This document shows positions 12,710 to 26,077 of a stretch of DNA of 64,000 nt, one piece after another. The notes under the pieces are model-generated. The model did not search any database and was not told the origin of the DNA. It saw nothing but the letters and a program-made list of their open reading frames with translations. Source of the DNA: Squalus acanthias (taxonomy: Eukaryota); NCBI GenBank assembly GCA_030390025.1, contig CM059432.1, positions 97,466,001 through 97,530,000 of the forward strand. The letters are read 5' to 3'. The position numbers were made by a program, and so were the translations under genes. Every line of letters begins with the position of its first letter. Within the stretch, counting starts at the first letter, position 1.

Positions 12710-14180
12710 CTCTCCCAATCAGCCCCTCCCTTTCCTGATTATTCCTCCCTCTCCCAATCGCCCCACCCTCTCCCAATCACATCCTCCCTCTCCCAATCAC
12801 CCCCTCCCTCTCCCAATCACCCCGTCCCTCTCCCAATCACATCCTCCCTCTCCCAATCACCCCCTCCCTCTCCCAATCACCTCCTCCCTCTCCAAAAAAA
12901 ACCCTCCCTCTCCCAATCACCTCCGCTCACTCCCAATCACCCCCTCCCTCTCCCAATCATCCCCTCTCACTCCCAATCACCCCCTCCCTCTCCCAATCAC
13001 CTCCTCCCTCTCCCAATCACTCCCTCCCTCTCCCAATCTCTCCCTCCCTCTCCCAATCACTCCCTCCCTCTCCCAATCACCTCCTCCCTCTCACAATCGC
13101 CCCCTCCCTCTCCCAATCACTCCCTCCCTCTCCCAATCACCTCCTCCCTCTCCCAATCAACCCCACCCTCTCCCAATCATCCCCTCCCTCTTCCGATTAC
13201 CTCCTCCCTCTCCCGATCACCCCATCCCTCTCCCAATCACCCCCTCCCTGTCCCAATCACCTCCTCCCTCTCCCAATCACTCCCTCCCTCTCCCAATCAC
13301 ATCCTCCCTCTCCCAATCACCGCCTCCCTCTCCCGATCACCCCCTCCCTCACCCAATCACATCTTCCCTCTCCCAATCGCCGCCTCCATCTCCCGATCAC
13401 CCCCTCCCTCTCCCGATCACCATCTCCCTCTCCCAATCACTCCCTCCCTCTCCCAATCACATCCTCCCTCTCCCAATCGCCGCCTCCCTCTCCCGATCAC
13501 CATCTCCCTCTCCCAATCACCTCCTCCCTCTCCCAATCACCCCCACCCTCTCCCAATCACATCTTTCCTCTCCCAATCACATCCTCCCTCTCCCAATCAC
13601 CTCCTCCCTCTTGAAATCACCTCTTCCCTCTCCCAATCACCCCCGCCCTCTCCCAATCACATCCTCCCTCTCCCAATCACCCCCACCCTCTCCCAATCAC
13701 CTCTTCCCTCTCCCAATCACTCCCTCCCTCTCCCAATCACTCCCTCCCTCTCCCAATCACATCCTCCCTCTTGAAATCACCTCTTCCCTCTCCCAATCAC
13801 CCCCTCCCTCTCCCAATCACCTCCTCCCTCTCCCAATCACCGCCACCCTCTCCCAATCACCTCTTCCCTCTCCCAATCACATCTTCCCTCTCCCAATCAC
13901 CCCCACCCTCTCCCAATCAGCTCCTCCCTCTCCCAATCACCCCCACCCTCTCCCAATCACCTCCTCCCTCTCCCAATCACCCCCTCCCTCTCCCAATCAT
14001 CCCCTCCCTCTCCCAATCACCCCATCATTCTCCCAATCACCATCTCCCTCTCCCAATCACCCCCTCCCTCTCCCAGTCACCCCCTCCCTCTCCCAGTCAC
14101 CCCCTCCCTCTCCCAATCACCTCCTCCCTCTCCTAGTCACCCCCTCACTCTCCCAATCGCTCCCTCCCTCTCCCAATCAC
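12710..14180. repeat. 20-bp minisatellite, about 73 units, consensus CTCTCCCAATCACCCCCTCC
   Basis: Exact 20-nt periodicity with a variable pentamer after CCAATCAC. Confidence 0.97.
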
Positions 14181-14320
14181 ACAGGTGCGCATATACCTTC
14201 ATCTGCAATGCTTTCCATTTTCAATGCAACTCACATATCTGTCATACATACCACCTGATGAAATCTTTCCCCAAACAGTGGCAAGAACACTTTCTGCACA
14301 AACAATTGTAGTGAAACCAT

Positions 14321-15175
14321 GGGGGGAAAATTCAGTTGGTTGTGCCTCCCATTAGCGCCTTAAGAGGGCGCTAATGGGGCGCAAAGCAACTAGCGCCCGG
14401 GCGCGGTGATGTTTGCGCCACTCACAAAATTAACTAGACATTTTGCGGCGGCAGATCGTGACGTCAGTCGAGTGCGCAACGCCCCGGTAGCGCCCCAGAG
14501 CGGATATTGAGTGGCGTCCCCTGCCTTACCGCCTGCCACTAGCAACAACAGGTTGAGGGGATCGTTTTGCAGTCAGGAAGGGACTGGGGGAGTGCTATTT
14601 AAAGGCGACTGCTTCCTGCCTTTTTTTGTTGGTGACATTTTTGAACCACGCATTCTGAGAGAGAGAGAGACTTCTGGAGAGATTCAACGCTGTGTGAAGG
14701 AGTTTTGGGTACTGAGTAGCACTTTGCAGGTTCATTTTGATTTGCCCTTCCTTGTATCGATTTAGAAGAGACTGTGGGGGCTGCACTCTGAGCTCTTACC
14801 CTGGGACTCTCCATTGTTCTTTCCAGCAGATTTGATGTACAGGTCTCTCCAGGCTGAGATTCAAGGCTGCAATGAGCAGGATGTGGATGGAAAGCAAGAT
14901 CAACCCTCCCCTTTAAGAACTGGCCAGCGCCATTGTGTCTGTGTTCCATTGCTGACTGACATCACATGAGCTTCGCCAGCAGTCTGAGTTAGAGCCTCGC
15001 TCCTCGGCCTTTGCGCCTTAAGACAGATGTGTAGCGCCTGATTTAGCGCTCCAATCACCTCCAGGGGCGATAAAAGTTAAGTTTACAGTCGGAGGCGATA
15101 ATTAGTACCAGGCGCTAATCTTTGCGCCCAGCCGATAATTGCGCCCCAAATCGGGCGATACTGAATTTCTCCCCC
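14321..15175 (+). mobile_element. Harbinger MITE family A (diverged copy)
   Basis: TIRs GGGGGGAAAATTCAG / CTGAATTTCTCCCCC, CAT TSD; homologous to 26505-27397, 45754-46646 and the left end at 888. Confidence 0.9.
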
Positions 15176-15789
15176 CATGTTTTTACTATCCAAATATTAT
15201 GTGTATGTGTACATAGCTTGCAACTAGGCTGTTTATGAATTGTTGGACAGTGCAGCTTCAGAAAAGCAGTGGCATTTTTGTGAAGTTAATTTGGCTTCCA
15301 ATTTCCATCTTTTAACGACAGAATGACACAATGCAACATGCATTGATTGGTCAAGTACCTCATCCCTACTGTATTAGGATAACAAATATGAATCTAACTG
15401 TGCATCTCTGGTAAGTTAGGCATTGGCCGCCGACATTGAAAGAAAGTCCGCACTAACCTTGTGCGAGTCCCAGGGCAAGAAGTTCCCCAAAAAGCCTGCA
15501 GAGTTCCGCGCAGCGTAGTCTCCCACGGAGCCCAGGAGTGCACTGTAGTGTGAGTGGGAACCAAGATCACATGGGGCATAAGCGAAGACACACCTACAAA
15601 ATCTGTTAAAACAGACAGAATGATAAGCCATGCCACAGAAGCTTGTTTCAGTTTGCAGTGGTGAGTACCATTGTAATTACCTTTGTCACTTAAATGTAAG
15701 TTCGGTGTAAATTTTATAAAAACATTTAAAGACTTTTAAAAAGCTGAGCAAAGTAAAACTAAAGGTGTGCACTTACTTACAGAAAGAAT

Positions 15790-17714
15790 ATGGCAGTGGC
15801 AAAGATAGATGACAGGAAGCGGGCTCACAACTTCAGTGAAGATGACCTCAACACACTCCTCAATGAGGAGGAAGTGAAGCGTCAGCGCCTCATCGGGACT
15901 GACAAGTCCAGAGTGGCACATAAAGGAAGCATGTCAGCATGAAAGGACAAAAGTGAGAAGTCGCACAACATCATGTTATAGTCCAACAGCTTTATTTGAA
16001 ATCACAAGCTTTCGGAGCGGCTGCTCCTTCGTCAGGTGAAGTGCAACACCGGCATCTCCGCATCATGAGCATGAAAGGAGGTTGCACAGGCTGTGAGTGC
16101 TAACTCCACCGTGCCATGTTGTGTTGAACAGTGCCACCAAAAACTCAACGATTTAACACGATCTGCTAAGGTTTGTACAATTAGAAATTTTAAATGTAAG
16201 GTTTCCTAAAATGTTACTAATGCAAAAATAGAAGAGAGCTTGTTTACGTATGGGGTAGTCTGAGTTCATTGTGCAGTCAACTAGTCGTAAAATATAATTG
16301 CTTTGGAGACGGTCTGAATGACTGGGTGCTTGTAAAGATCTTTGCTCTGTATTCCACAGATTTGAGGTGTTAAATTGCAATTAGTGAACAATACCCTGTC
16401 TCCAAAGCAGTCAACTTGTCTCTTTTAACCAACAATGAAGCAAAAACAGAAATGTAATTTTCATCTCTGTGCAGAGTAAAATGACACATAACGCCAGAGA
16501 GTGTACCATGACAGGCAGTGGTGTGGCCGTTCTAAAGGAGTTGACTGAGCAGGAAGAAAGGCTTACTCAGCTGCTGGGCATCTGTAGCAGTTCAGTGCCT
16601 GTGCCCAATCAGACATTGGAGTCAGGAAAGATGAGTGTTGCATTGCTGCTTTGTCCAGCTGTATGTTTAAAACATGTTGGTTGGCTGTAAGGTCTGAAGA
16701 AATAGAAGATGAAATGATGAATGTGCATGCACAGCATATGAGCTGCCGCGATGTGCCAGATGAATGTGCTTCACCATTGAAAATGTTTATTGTTTCCTTC
16801 CCACAGGTGGCCAGCTGTCTTTGTACACAGGCTCAAGAGTGTGGCGAGTCTGCAGTTGCAGGGAATGTTCACACGGGATCTGGAGAGGGTACTGGGGAAG
16901 GTGGTTGCAGATCAAGTGCAAATGGTAAGTGAGGCGGAGGAGGAGGAAGTTGAGGAGTCGCCTTTAATGGAAGGGGAATGTGTGGAGCCTGGGTGGAAGG
17001 CTATGCAAAGTAGCATCGTCACTCCTGCCCCCACGGAGGGTGCTGATGTGTGGGTGGGGGAACCTTGACCACGTGACCCAGATCACACCTTTCTATCTCC
17101 TGGCCCCTTTGGCTCTGTGAGAGGTACAGATGAGTGCTTCCACAGTCAGCCAACAAGCTGATACTGCGGGGCAAGTGGGAGAAGCAGTAACACGGGAAAC
17201 ACATCAGGCTGATTTTGACAGTGAGGTGGAAGAGATTGGAGGCTTGAGGCAAATAATGTTCGCTCAGCATGACAAGAAACTTGACTCTCCTGCCTCCATG
17301 AGGCAGGAGATAAAGGATCATGGAAACAGTCTGTGTAATCAGTTGGCCATAAGTACACAGACCATTACTAATCAGTACGCCATTTGTACACAGAGCATTT
17401 CTGATCAGTTGGCCCTTATGCATCAGGCAAATAGTCAGCTTAACCAGTCTCTCCTTCAACTATTTCAGTTGCAGACAGCAGGTTCGGCTATCGTACATTT
17501 GACGCCCATAGAACCCCCCTTGCCTGCTCCCAGCCAAGACACAGTTCAGGCCCACGAGGCTGTGCCGATAATGTATGAACCTAATGTTGCCTTTCAGCAG
17601 CACCGACCCAGCCACGAGTCAACAGCTGAAGGGCAAGAGATAGCAAACAGAGATCATACCCTTGGCATGAGAGGGGTCCGGTCATGGGGAAGGGCAAGGC
17701 GCAGGAGACTGTAG
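15790..17714 (+). pseudogene. Degenerate Harbinger Myb/SANT gene (3 exons)
   Basis: MAVAKIDDRKRAHNFSEDDLNTLL...KEVAQAVSANSTVPCCVEQCHQKLNDLTRSAK then GT; exon 2 SKMTHNARECTMTGSG; long last exon. Confidence 0.75.
15948..16067 (-). mobile_element. ~120-bp Penelope pLTR-only insertion carrying a hammerhead motif (16002-16039)
   Basis: Minus strand TCAC-CTGACGA-AGGAGC(agcc)GCTCC-GAAA-GCTT-GTGA; flanked by direct repeat AGCATGAAAGGA (15936-15947, 16068-16079). Confidence 0.85.
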
Positions 17715-17893
17715 GATGCCACCTCTTCCAAAGTCCACCTCCTTTGACTCACACCTTTTATCACAGCGATACTCAGGCACGGATGCAAAGGGGCATATCT
17801 GTTATTTTTTTGATGTTTGCTATTCTTGAAATGTTGGTGTTGTGTTACTTACTGAAATTTATATTTGTGACTGATTGTATAATTACTGATTTT

Positions 17894-20340
17894 GGGGGCG
17901 ATTTTCTCACTGGAGGCGGGTTGCAGGCAGGTTTCGGTTTGGGTGAGTTCGAAACCTGCCTCCACTGACAGTTTTGAAGAAATTGCGATTTTCCCCTGAT
18001 TGGCCACTTGATTTCAGAGGTGTGGGTTGCTCTTGGTCAATTAGTGTTTTGGGACTGAAACTCGCCTCTGCTGACATCACTTTTCCAGCCTCATTTAAGG
18101 GCTGCTTGCTGCCTTGGATCATTCCACTGGATTTCTGCCAATGCTGCACCACTTGCAACATATTTTGAGAAACCACTATGTCAAATTCCAAGGCAAGGGC
18201 CTCCCCATGGTTCTCGGATGAAGCGCTGCAAATGTTAGTTGAAGGGGTGAGAGCTAGCAGGGAGGTGCTCTTCCACTCATCTGGGAGGAAGAGGCCTCCC
18301 AAAGAAACCAAGGCTGTGTGGGTCCAGCTGGCAAGAGATATAACCTCCAGATCTGTGTGCAGATTGGGTGAATGTTTATGTGTATTGATGAAATGCCATC
18401 CCTGTTGGAAAGCATTAAAATGATTTGATGGCAATATGTTGGCATCATGGCATCTGTTCTTTTGCCTTAGGCAGCTCCACATTGCGGGCTCTGCGACACT
18501 TGCGTTGTCAGGTTGGTGGCCAGTGTGAAAGGAGGCCAGAGAGTCATGTCCATTGTCTATGATGTCTTAAGATGGAGCCAAGGACATGTGCCAACTTGGG
18601 CAACCTATGCAAATCTGGCCAGGATAAGTTGAACCCTTGCATCACGGGCAGCCATGATAGACTGGCGCTCTGTCCTCCTCCTGCTCCTCCTCCTCCTGCT
18701 CCTCCTCCTCCTCCAGCTCCTCCTGCTCCTCCTCCTCCTCCTCCTCTCCTCATCTGAGGAGGCCTGGAACTGAGCCACTTGCTCATCATGAAGCTGCAAG
18801 CCACGACGCTGTGCGATGTTCCGCAGTGCACAGCAGACCACGGTCATTCTGGAGACCCTGGCTGCTGAATACTGCAGGGCTCCACCTGATCGGTCAAGGC
18901 ATTAGAAGCGCATCTTCAACAACCCAATGGTTTGCTCGATGATGGACCTGGTCAAAGTGTGGCTGGCGTTGTAGCGCTCTTCAGCCTCGTTAGCTGGCCT
19001 CCTGATCGGCGTCATTAGCCACTTCTTCAGGGGGTAGCCTTTGTCACCAAGGAGCCATCCGTTAAGTTGGTTTGGCGGATTGAAAAGCGGAGGAACACTA
19101 GAGTGCCGCAGGATGAAAGAGTCATGGCAACTACCACAGAACTTGGCGCAAACATGCAAAAACTCCTTCTTGTGGTTACACACCAGCTGTACGTTGAGGG
19201 AGTGGAAGCCCTTTCGGTTGACAAAGATAGCTGGGTTGTGATGGGGTGCCCTAAGGGCCACATGTGTGCAGTCTATGACGCCCTGCACCATTGGCATGCC
19301 TGCCATATTTGCAAAGCCAACCGGTTATACTTGCTTGATTCCTTGAGAAGTGGATGTTATTGTGTGCCTTTGCGAAAAGGGCATCAGTAACCTACGTGAT
19401 GCAACTGTGGACGGCCGACTGGGAGATGCCGCTGATGTCTGCTGATGATCCCTGGAAGGAACCTGAGGCAAAGAAGTTGAGTGCGGTGGTGACTTTGACA
19501 GCCACTGGTAAGTGGTGTCCACCCGTTCCTCTGGGCACCAGGTCTTGCTGTAGCAGTCCGCAGATCTCTCGGACAACCTCTCGCGAAAGTCTCAGCCTCC
19601 TTTGGCACTGCTGCTCACTCATGTTGAGGTAGCTCATCCTCTGTCTGTAAACCCTCTGTTGGGGGTACCTCCTGCGGCGAGGTGCCTCGATGCGCTGGCG
19701 CCTTCTGCCCTGTGCAGCATCAGATGGCTGAGCAGGAGGTTGGGGCTCCGACTGCTGTTGCTGCTGAGCTGCCTGGTTCTGCTGCTGCAGTGAATGCTCC
19801 CCATCCGAATCTGAGGTCCATGTTGAAAGGAAATGAATGGTTCCCATGCTGCTTGCAGATGCCTCCGTTGGGGAAGCGCTCATTCCAAGCGGGGAGAGGG
19901 TCTTCCAAGGAGGTCCCACAGTTGACTTCGGAAGGCCTGCTAAAAGTGCTGAAAGACCTTCTAAATCAAAGTTCTGCCACCTGCAACTAATCCCTGATGA
20001 AATCTCCGATTTAATGTTTGAGCTGCAGCTGTGAGGAGACCACCCACTTGTCAACCCGCCAGGTTTAGCTGGCGTGGTTTAGGAGGGTCGTGGAACATGC
20101 TGAAATTGTCGAAAAATAACGAGGGCCTCTCAAAATAAGATTAGAGAGGCCCCTAATGACCATTTAAGGCTCTTAAGAACCTCTCTGGCCAGCTGGAGGC
20201 GGGACCGTTTCCCACCCTGCAAAACTGGCACCGGCAAAATTGCGCGGAGGCGGGTTGGAGGCGGGTTCCGAACCCACACTCATTTTTTCTGATTTTCCCG
20301 CCTCCAAACCCGCCTCCTCGGGGCTGAGAAAATTGCCCCC
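17894..20340. mobile_element. Internally deleted PIF/Harbinger transposon
   Basis: 16-bp TIR GGGGGCRATTTTCTCA, TTT TSD; truncated Myb exon on + (18178-18350), transposase on -. Confidence 0.9.
18605..19847 (-). pseudogene. Harbinger transposase with stops and frameshifts
   Basis: [46 protein letters not shown]. Confidence 0.9.
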
Positions 20341-20357
20341 TTTGTTTTGGATATATA

Positions 20358-21223
20358 GGCTGTGATCTTACCTGAAGAGGTGAGTTGGGAGCGGGTCATC
20401 TGACTTGCGGGTTCTGATCCCGCCCCCAACGACGCCCGATGCACAGACGCTATTTTGCGTCAATTGGCCTTGTTAAGCCCGCTCTGTGGGCTTGCCGGCC
20501 AATTAACAGAAAGCTGGTGTCAGATGACGTCAGTTGATGACGCGTCATCTGCCGGTTTTCTTAAGGGGGACATGCTCATTTTTGTTTGACAGATGATTTT
20601 TCAGTATTTGACAGCATTGAGGTGCTGCAAACACTGACAATCACTGTATAAAGGTGAGCCCTGGCACCGAGGATCTCCAGACACTCACTACTTAGGATAA
20701 AACAGATGGCAGCTGCAGGTGAGGTTACAGAAGTGACCTATCACTGGTGAGAGAGATTCTCCCAATGAGCTGGGACTACACAAACACTTCAAACCTTATC
20801 ACCTACAGAAAAGTCTAAATACATTAAAAATGATTTTCCCAGCATTTCCTTACCTCTGAAACTCACCAGTATACCATTGGATCCTTCACACCAGTTCTGC
20901 AGCTGTCATCAATGAAGAAACATTACAGCAGACTCACAACACGCCACACTTACCTGGCGTGGAGTCCGGACATTGGGAAGCCCGCAGTCGACCTGGCAAA
21001 ATTGGAAAAAGCCTCTTAACTGCCTGTTAACTACCTGTTAACAATTTGATAAGTGGCTATAATCCTCTTCCCGCCGCTAGGAGTCAGGTCCCAGCGCAAA
21101 TCGGGGACCCGATTCCCGGGAAGATTCATTGGAAGCGGGTTCGGGACCCGCTGTCAATCTTTTTGATTTTGCCAGCTGTCCCGCTTCCAAACCTGACCCC
21201 TGAGCGCTGGCAAAATCAAACCC
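20358..21223. mobile_element. Older Harbinger-type MITE
   Basis: Imperfect TIRs GGCTGTGATCTTACC / GGCAAAATCAAACCC with ATA on both sides. Confidence 0.6.
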
Positions 21224-21226
21224 ATA

Positions 21227-21870
21227 GGGCTGGATTTTGATACTGGGGCGGGTTGAGGTCGTGTTATCCACTTTTTGTGTTATCCACCCGACTGCAATTG
21301 GATGTGGGAGATTGATGCAATTTTCACCTAATTGGGCAATTGAGTTCCAGCATGTAGGAACCCATGAACCAATTAGTGTTTTCAGTCTGAAAGTCGCCTT
21401 TGATGATGTCATCATTGCTGCTGCATTGAAGGTCTTCAAAGACTGCCTGGCCTTTGCTGTGAGAGGACCTGCAAAATAAGCAGCAGCCCTAAGTCTGCTC
21501 CAAGATATTTTTACACCACCACTCCCAGATATGTCTCCTCTCCATCCATCCATATATGCATCCCCATAGCCAGCCAGCCGTGCTCCCGCCAGGTTTCACA
21601 ATCGTGGTTCAGAACAGGCGTGCTTCACGTAGAACAAGGGTTAAAATCACAAAGGCCTTTCAAAATGGCATTATAGAGCCAATTTAGTGCTTGTTAAGGG
21701 CCATAACAGCCTCTTAAAGGCGGGACGGAGTCGGGACCAGCAGACACGTTTTAATGAAAATTGCGTGGAGGCAGGATGGAGGCGGACTTGTGCCCGCCCG
21801 CCAGTTTTCACAATTTTAACCCCCCACACGCCTCCAAACCCGCCTCCACGGGTCAATGAAAATCCAGCCC
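21227..21870 (+). mobile_element. Harbinger MITE family C
   Basis: TIR GGGCTGGATTTT / AAAATCCAGCCC, ATA TSD; homologous to 57807-58706. Confidence 0.9.
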
Positions 21871-22129
21871 ATAGTCTTTAGCCACTTTAAAGTGGATAAA
21901 TGTTTTTATTATCAACCAATGTAACATTACAACTGTTTAAAAAGTAGCAAATAGCTAGTTAACAATTTGTATTTAAAGCCTTGCACTAAGAACCTTATAT
22001 AACTACCTCAAAACTCTTGCAAAGAGTATTTGCTGCTGCAATAAAATTTCAGTGTTCGGCTTTAAATCTTGTCTGTTCTTTTGTGTGCCTTCCTGGGGGA
22101 GGGGGAGGGAAGAGGCATCTTGACACTCT

Positions 22130-22385
22130 CATCATTGTCGAAATGTATTAGCCACCAGCTGCTCTCTAGCCGCCCTGCCTTCTGCAGGAGTTGCTTCCTC
22201 AGGTGTCCCATAAAGCCTGGGCAGAGCGGCATCCAAGTTGGGATCCTCCAGGTCATCCATTTCCACAGGGATCTCGACTGTCGGGTTAAGGATCAGTCCT
22301 TCTCACAGGGCAAAGTTGTGCAAAGTGCAACAGGCCATCACAATCCTCGATGCTTTCATCGGTGAGTACTGCAAAGTCCCCCCGA
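22130..22385 (-). pseudogene. Harbinger transposase C-terminal remnant
   Basis: Minus strand LQYSPMKASRIVMACCTLHNFAL. Confidence 0.7.
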
Positions 22386-22431
22386 TTGTCCTCATCATGT
22401 GCATGGTTATATATCTCCTGTGCCTCATTAT

Positions 22432-24075
22432 TGGTCAAAGAGGTAGGTTTTAAGGAGTATCTTAAAGGACTAGAGAGAGGTAGCGAGGCGGAGAGTTTTA
22501 GGAGGAAATTCCAGAGCTTAGGGCCAAGGGAGCTGAAAGCACAGCTGTCAATGGTGGACCAATTAAAATTGGGGACACGCAAGAGGCCAGAATTGGAGGA
22601 GTGCAGGGATCGCGAAGGCTTACAGGGCTGGAGGAGGTTACAGAGATAGGGAGGGGTGAGGCCATGGAGAGATTTGAAAACAAGGATGAGGATTTTAAAA
22701 TTGAGGCGTTGTCGGACCGGGAGCCAGTGTAGGTCAGCAAGCACAGGGGTGATGCGTGAATGAGACTTGGAGTGAATAAAGATATGGGCAGCAGAGTTTT
22801 GGATGAGCACAAGTTTATTTAGGGTGGAAGATGGGAGGCCAGCCAGGAGAGCATTGGAATAGTCCAGAGGTAATGAAGGCATGGATGAGGGTTTCAGCAG
22901 TAGATGAGCTGAGGCCGGGTTGGAGTCGAGCGATGTTATGGAAGTGGAAGTAGGCAGTCTTATGATGGAACGGTTGTGTGGTCAGAAGCTCATCTCAGGG
23001 TCAAACACAATACCAAGGTTGCAAACTGTCTGGCTCAGCTTCAGACAGTTGCCAGGGATGGAAATGGTGGCCAGGGAATGGAGGTTATGGCGGGGACAGT
23101 GGAGGGATCCAGAGAAATGGTGGTGAGATGGAGCTGGTTGTCTTCAATGTGGAATCTGATGTGTTTCGGATGATGTCGCCGAGGGGCAGCATGTAGATGA
23201 GAATTAGAAGGGGGCCAAGGATAGATCCTTGGGGGACACCAGAGGTAATGATGCAGGAGTGGGAAGAGAAACCATTGCAGGTGATTCTCTGGCTATGATT
23301 AGATAGATAAGAATGGAACCAAGCAAAGGCAGTTCCACCCAGCTGGACAGTGGAGGAGAGGCATGGAGGAGGATGGTGCGGCCAACTGTGTCGAAGACTG
23401 CAGATAGGTCGAGAAGGATGAGGAGAGATAGACTATCATGGTCACAGTGACAAAGAAAGTCATTTGTGATTGATGAGAGCAGTTTCGGTACTGTGGCGGG
23501 GCCAGAAACCTAATTGGAGAGATTCAAACATGGAATTGTAGGAAGGGTGGGCACGGATTTGGGAGGCAACAACATATTCAAGCACTTTGGAGAAGAAAGG
23601 GAGGTTGGAGATGGACCGGTAGTTTCCAAGGACAAGGGTGGTTTTTTTGAGGAGAGGGGTGATGAAGGCAGATTTGAAGGGGGTGGGAAAGACAATACCT
23701 GAGGAGAGGGAACCTATAACAATGTCAGCTAACATGGGGCCCAGGAAGGGAAGTTGGGTGGCCAACAGTTTGGTCGGAATAGGATTGAGGGAGCAGGAGG
23801 TGGCTCTCATGGACAAGATGAGCTCGGAGAGAGCAAGAATCTGGAGAAAGACACGAGTTCAGAGCTAGGGCAGTGGGGAAGATTAGGGGAAGTTTGGCCT
23901 GGTGGGCTAGGGGAAGGGACGGAACAGGTAGAGGCAGCTGAACAGATGGTCTCGATCTCTGTGAAAAAAATGTCCATGAGTTCTTTGCACTTGTTGTTGG
24001 AGGTGAGGTTGGATAAGGCAGGGGAGAGGGGTTTAAGAAGATGGGTTGTGGTGGAGAAGAGAAACCGGGGGTTCT
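22432..24075 (-). mobile_element. L2 LINE ORF2 fragment
   Basis: LDYSNALLAGLP, QNSAA, ITPVLADLHWLPVRQR, NYRSISNLPFFSKVLE, HSTETAL. Confidence 0.9.
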
Positions 24076-25116
24076 AATGCAAGGAAGGATGATACAACTA
24101 ATAATTTGATGTTCCATTTACCATGTGGACTATTATTTAATTATATTATAAAATATTTTATGTTGATTTGTTTTCCCTGAAGTTTATCAGATTCATGGAC
24201 AGTAAAATTGGCCTAAAAATTGGATAAGGCCTGAAAACAGGCAGTGTCAAGGGCCAGTGCTATTTGCCTGTGCCCGTTGAAAGTGGTCCAGGCAGCTGCC
24301 AAAATTCGTGCTGCCTGCTCATTATAATGATTGGGGCGCTGATCTCAGCACTAAACCCGCTGCTGATTGGCTTAGCGCTGAACAGGTGGGCCAATATCGG
24401 GTGAAGTCTAATGGCCAGTAATGTTTGGCCAGGCGCTCTGCACTACTTAAAGCGGAGGTTCTTTGTTGCAGAAGTAAACTCATTGTCAATCAGGCTGAAG
24501 CCATGGCACAACAACCCAGAGAGAGAGAAAGAAGGATTTCGGGTGCTGCACTCGAGGCCTCGGTAGTGGCAGTTGAAACAAGGCGGCATGTACAGTTCCC
24601 GAAGGATGGCAGGGAGCCATCCAAGACTACTAGTAGAAGGCCCTGGCAAGAGATAGCTACCAGTGTCGTTCCAAGGCCATAGATCCAATGCCAAAAGAAG
24701 TTTAATAACCTCATACGGCAGGTCAAGGTGAGTGAAGGCTTCAGCAAATGCCATTTCCCACGATCTTCACCACAAGCCTCACACACTGCTCAATGCACCA
24801 CACTCCCATCACTCACCTACCAACAATCTCTACCTATCACCACTCAGAACTCACAATCATGGCTTCAAATGACCCTCACAAAGCGGGATTACATGGAGTG
24901 TACTTAAATAGAGTGTTTTATTGGGAATTTGGAAAGAGTGGGAATTTGCTTTTTGCCTACACTACTTGTAGTGCTTTGTGTTACAGGTAGATATTTAATT
25001 TCAGTACCCAGAACTTAATCTAGATCAAGTAAGTAGTCAAGAAACTATACTGTAAATTAAGTTACCTAATTATAAATTTATTTAAATTTAATTAAATAAA
25101 ACAAGGTCATATAGGG

Positions 25117-26077
25117 ATGGCAGTGCAGGCGGAGTGCCGTAACTGCAGCATGTGGGAGTTTGTGGAGAGTATTGTGATCCCGGACAACCACATTTGCAGT
25201 AAGTGCCTGCATCTTGAGGAACTTCAGCTCAGAGTTTTTGAGCTGGAGTCTGAGGTGCAAACATTGCGGGGCATCAGGGATGGGGAGAGTTACCTGGACA
25301 ATTTGATCCAGGAGGCAGTCACACCCCTTAGGTTAGGTAGTGGTACAGGTCTGGTTAGTGGTCAGGGACAGGAGGGTGTGACTGCAACTCAGGCAGGCAA
25401 GGGGACCCCAGGTGCAGTGCTGGAGGAGCCTCAGCCTTTGCCCTTGTCCAACAAGTATGAGGTTCTTGCTGCCTGTGTGGATGAAGGAAAACCCTGCAGG
25501 ATGGATGAGCAAGCTGACCATGGCACCATGGTGCAGGAGGCCATTCAAGTGGGGGGAGTTAAAGGGAATGTAGTTGTGGTAGGGGATAGTATAGTCAGGG
25601 GGATAGATACTGTTTTCTGCAGCCGCAACCGAGAGTTCCGAGGATTGTGTTGCCTGTCCGGTGCCAGGGTTAAAGTCATCTCCTCGTGGCTGGAGGAGAA
25701 CTTGGAGTGGGAGGGGGAGGATCTAGTTGTCATGGTCCATGTAGGAACCAACGACATAGGTAGAACTAGGAATTAAGTTCTGCTGAGGGCGTTTGTGGAG
25801 CTAGGATATAAAATTAAAAAGCAGAACCTCAAAGGTAATAATCTCTGGATTGTTACCTGAGCCACGTGCAAATTGGCATAGGGACAAACAGAGTAGAGGT
25901 TTAAATGCGTGGTTCAAAGAATGGTGTGGGAGGAAGGGGTTTCAGTTCATGGGGTGCTGGCAGCAGTACTGGGGAAAGAGGGAGCTATTCCGTTGGGACG
26001 GGCTCCATTTAAACCAGGCTGGGACCAGTGTCCTGATGAACTGAATAACTAGGGCAGTCGATAGGGCTTTAAACTAA
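25117..26077 (+). pseudogene. CR1 ORF1: Cys-rich zinc finger, coiled coil and SGNH esterase-like domain
   Basis: CRNC...CSKC, VVGDSIVRG, VHVGTND, WDGLHLN; broken by stops and frameshifts after 25776. Confidence 0.85.

Noticed and set aside
12710..14180. CRISPR-like array
   Set aside because: Head-to-tail repeats with no unique spacers, no cas genes, eukaryotic context
12666..14258. 530-aa Pro/Ser-rich extensin-like ORF
   Set aside because: Translation of the stop-free 20-bp minisatellite; the unit is not a multiple of 3 and the ORF has no ATG start
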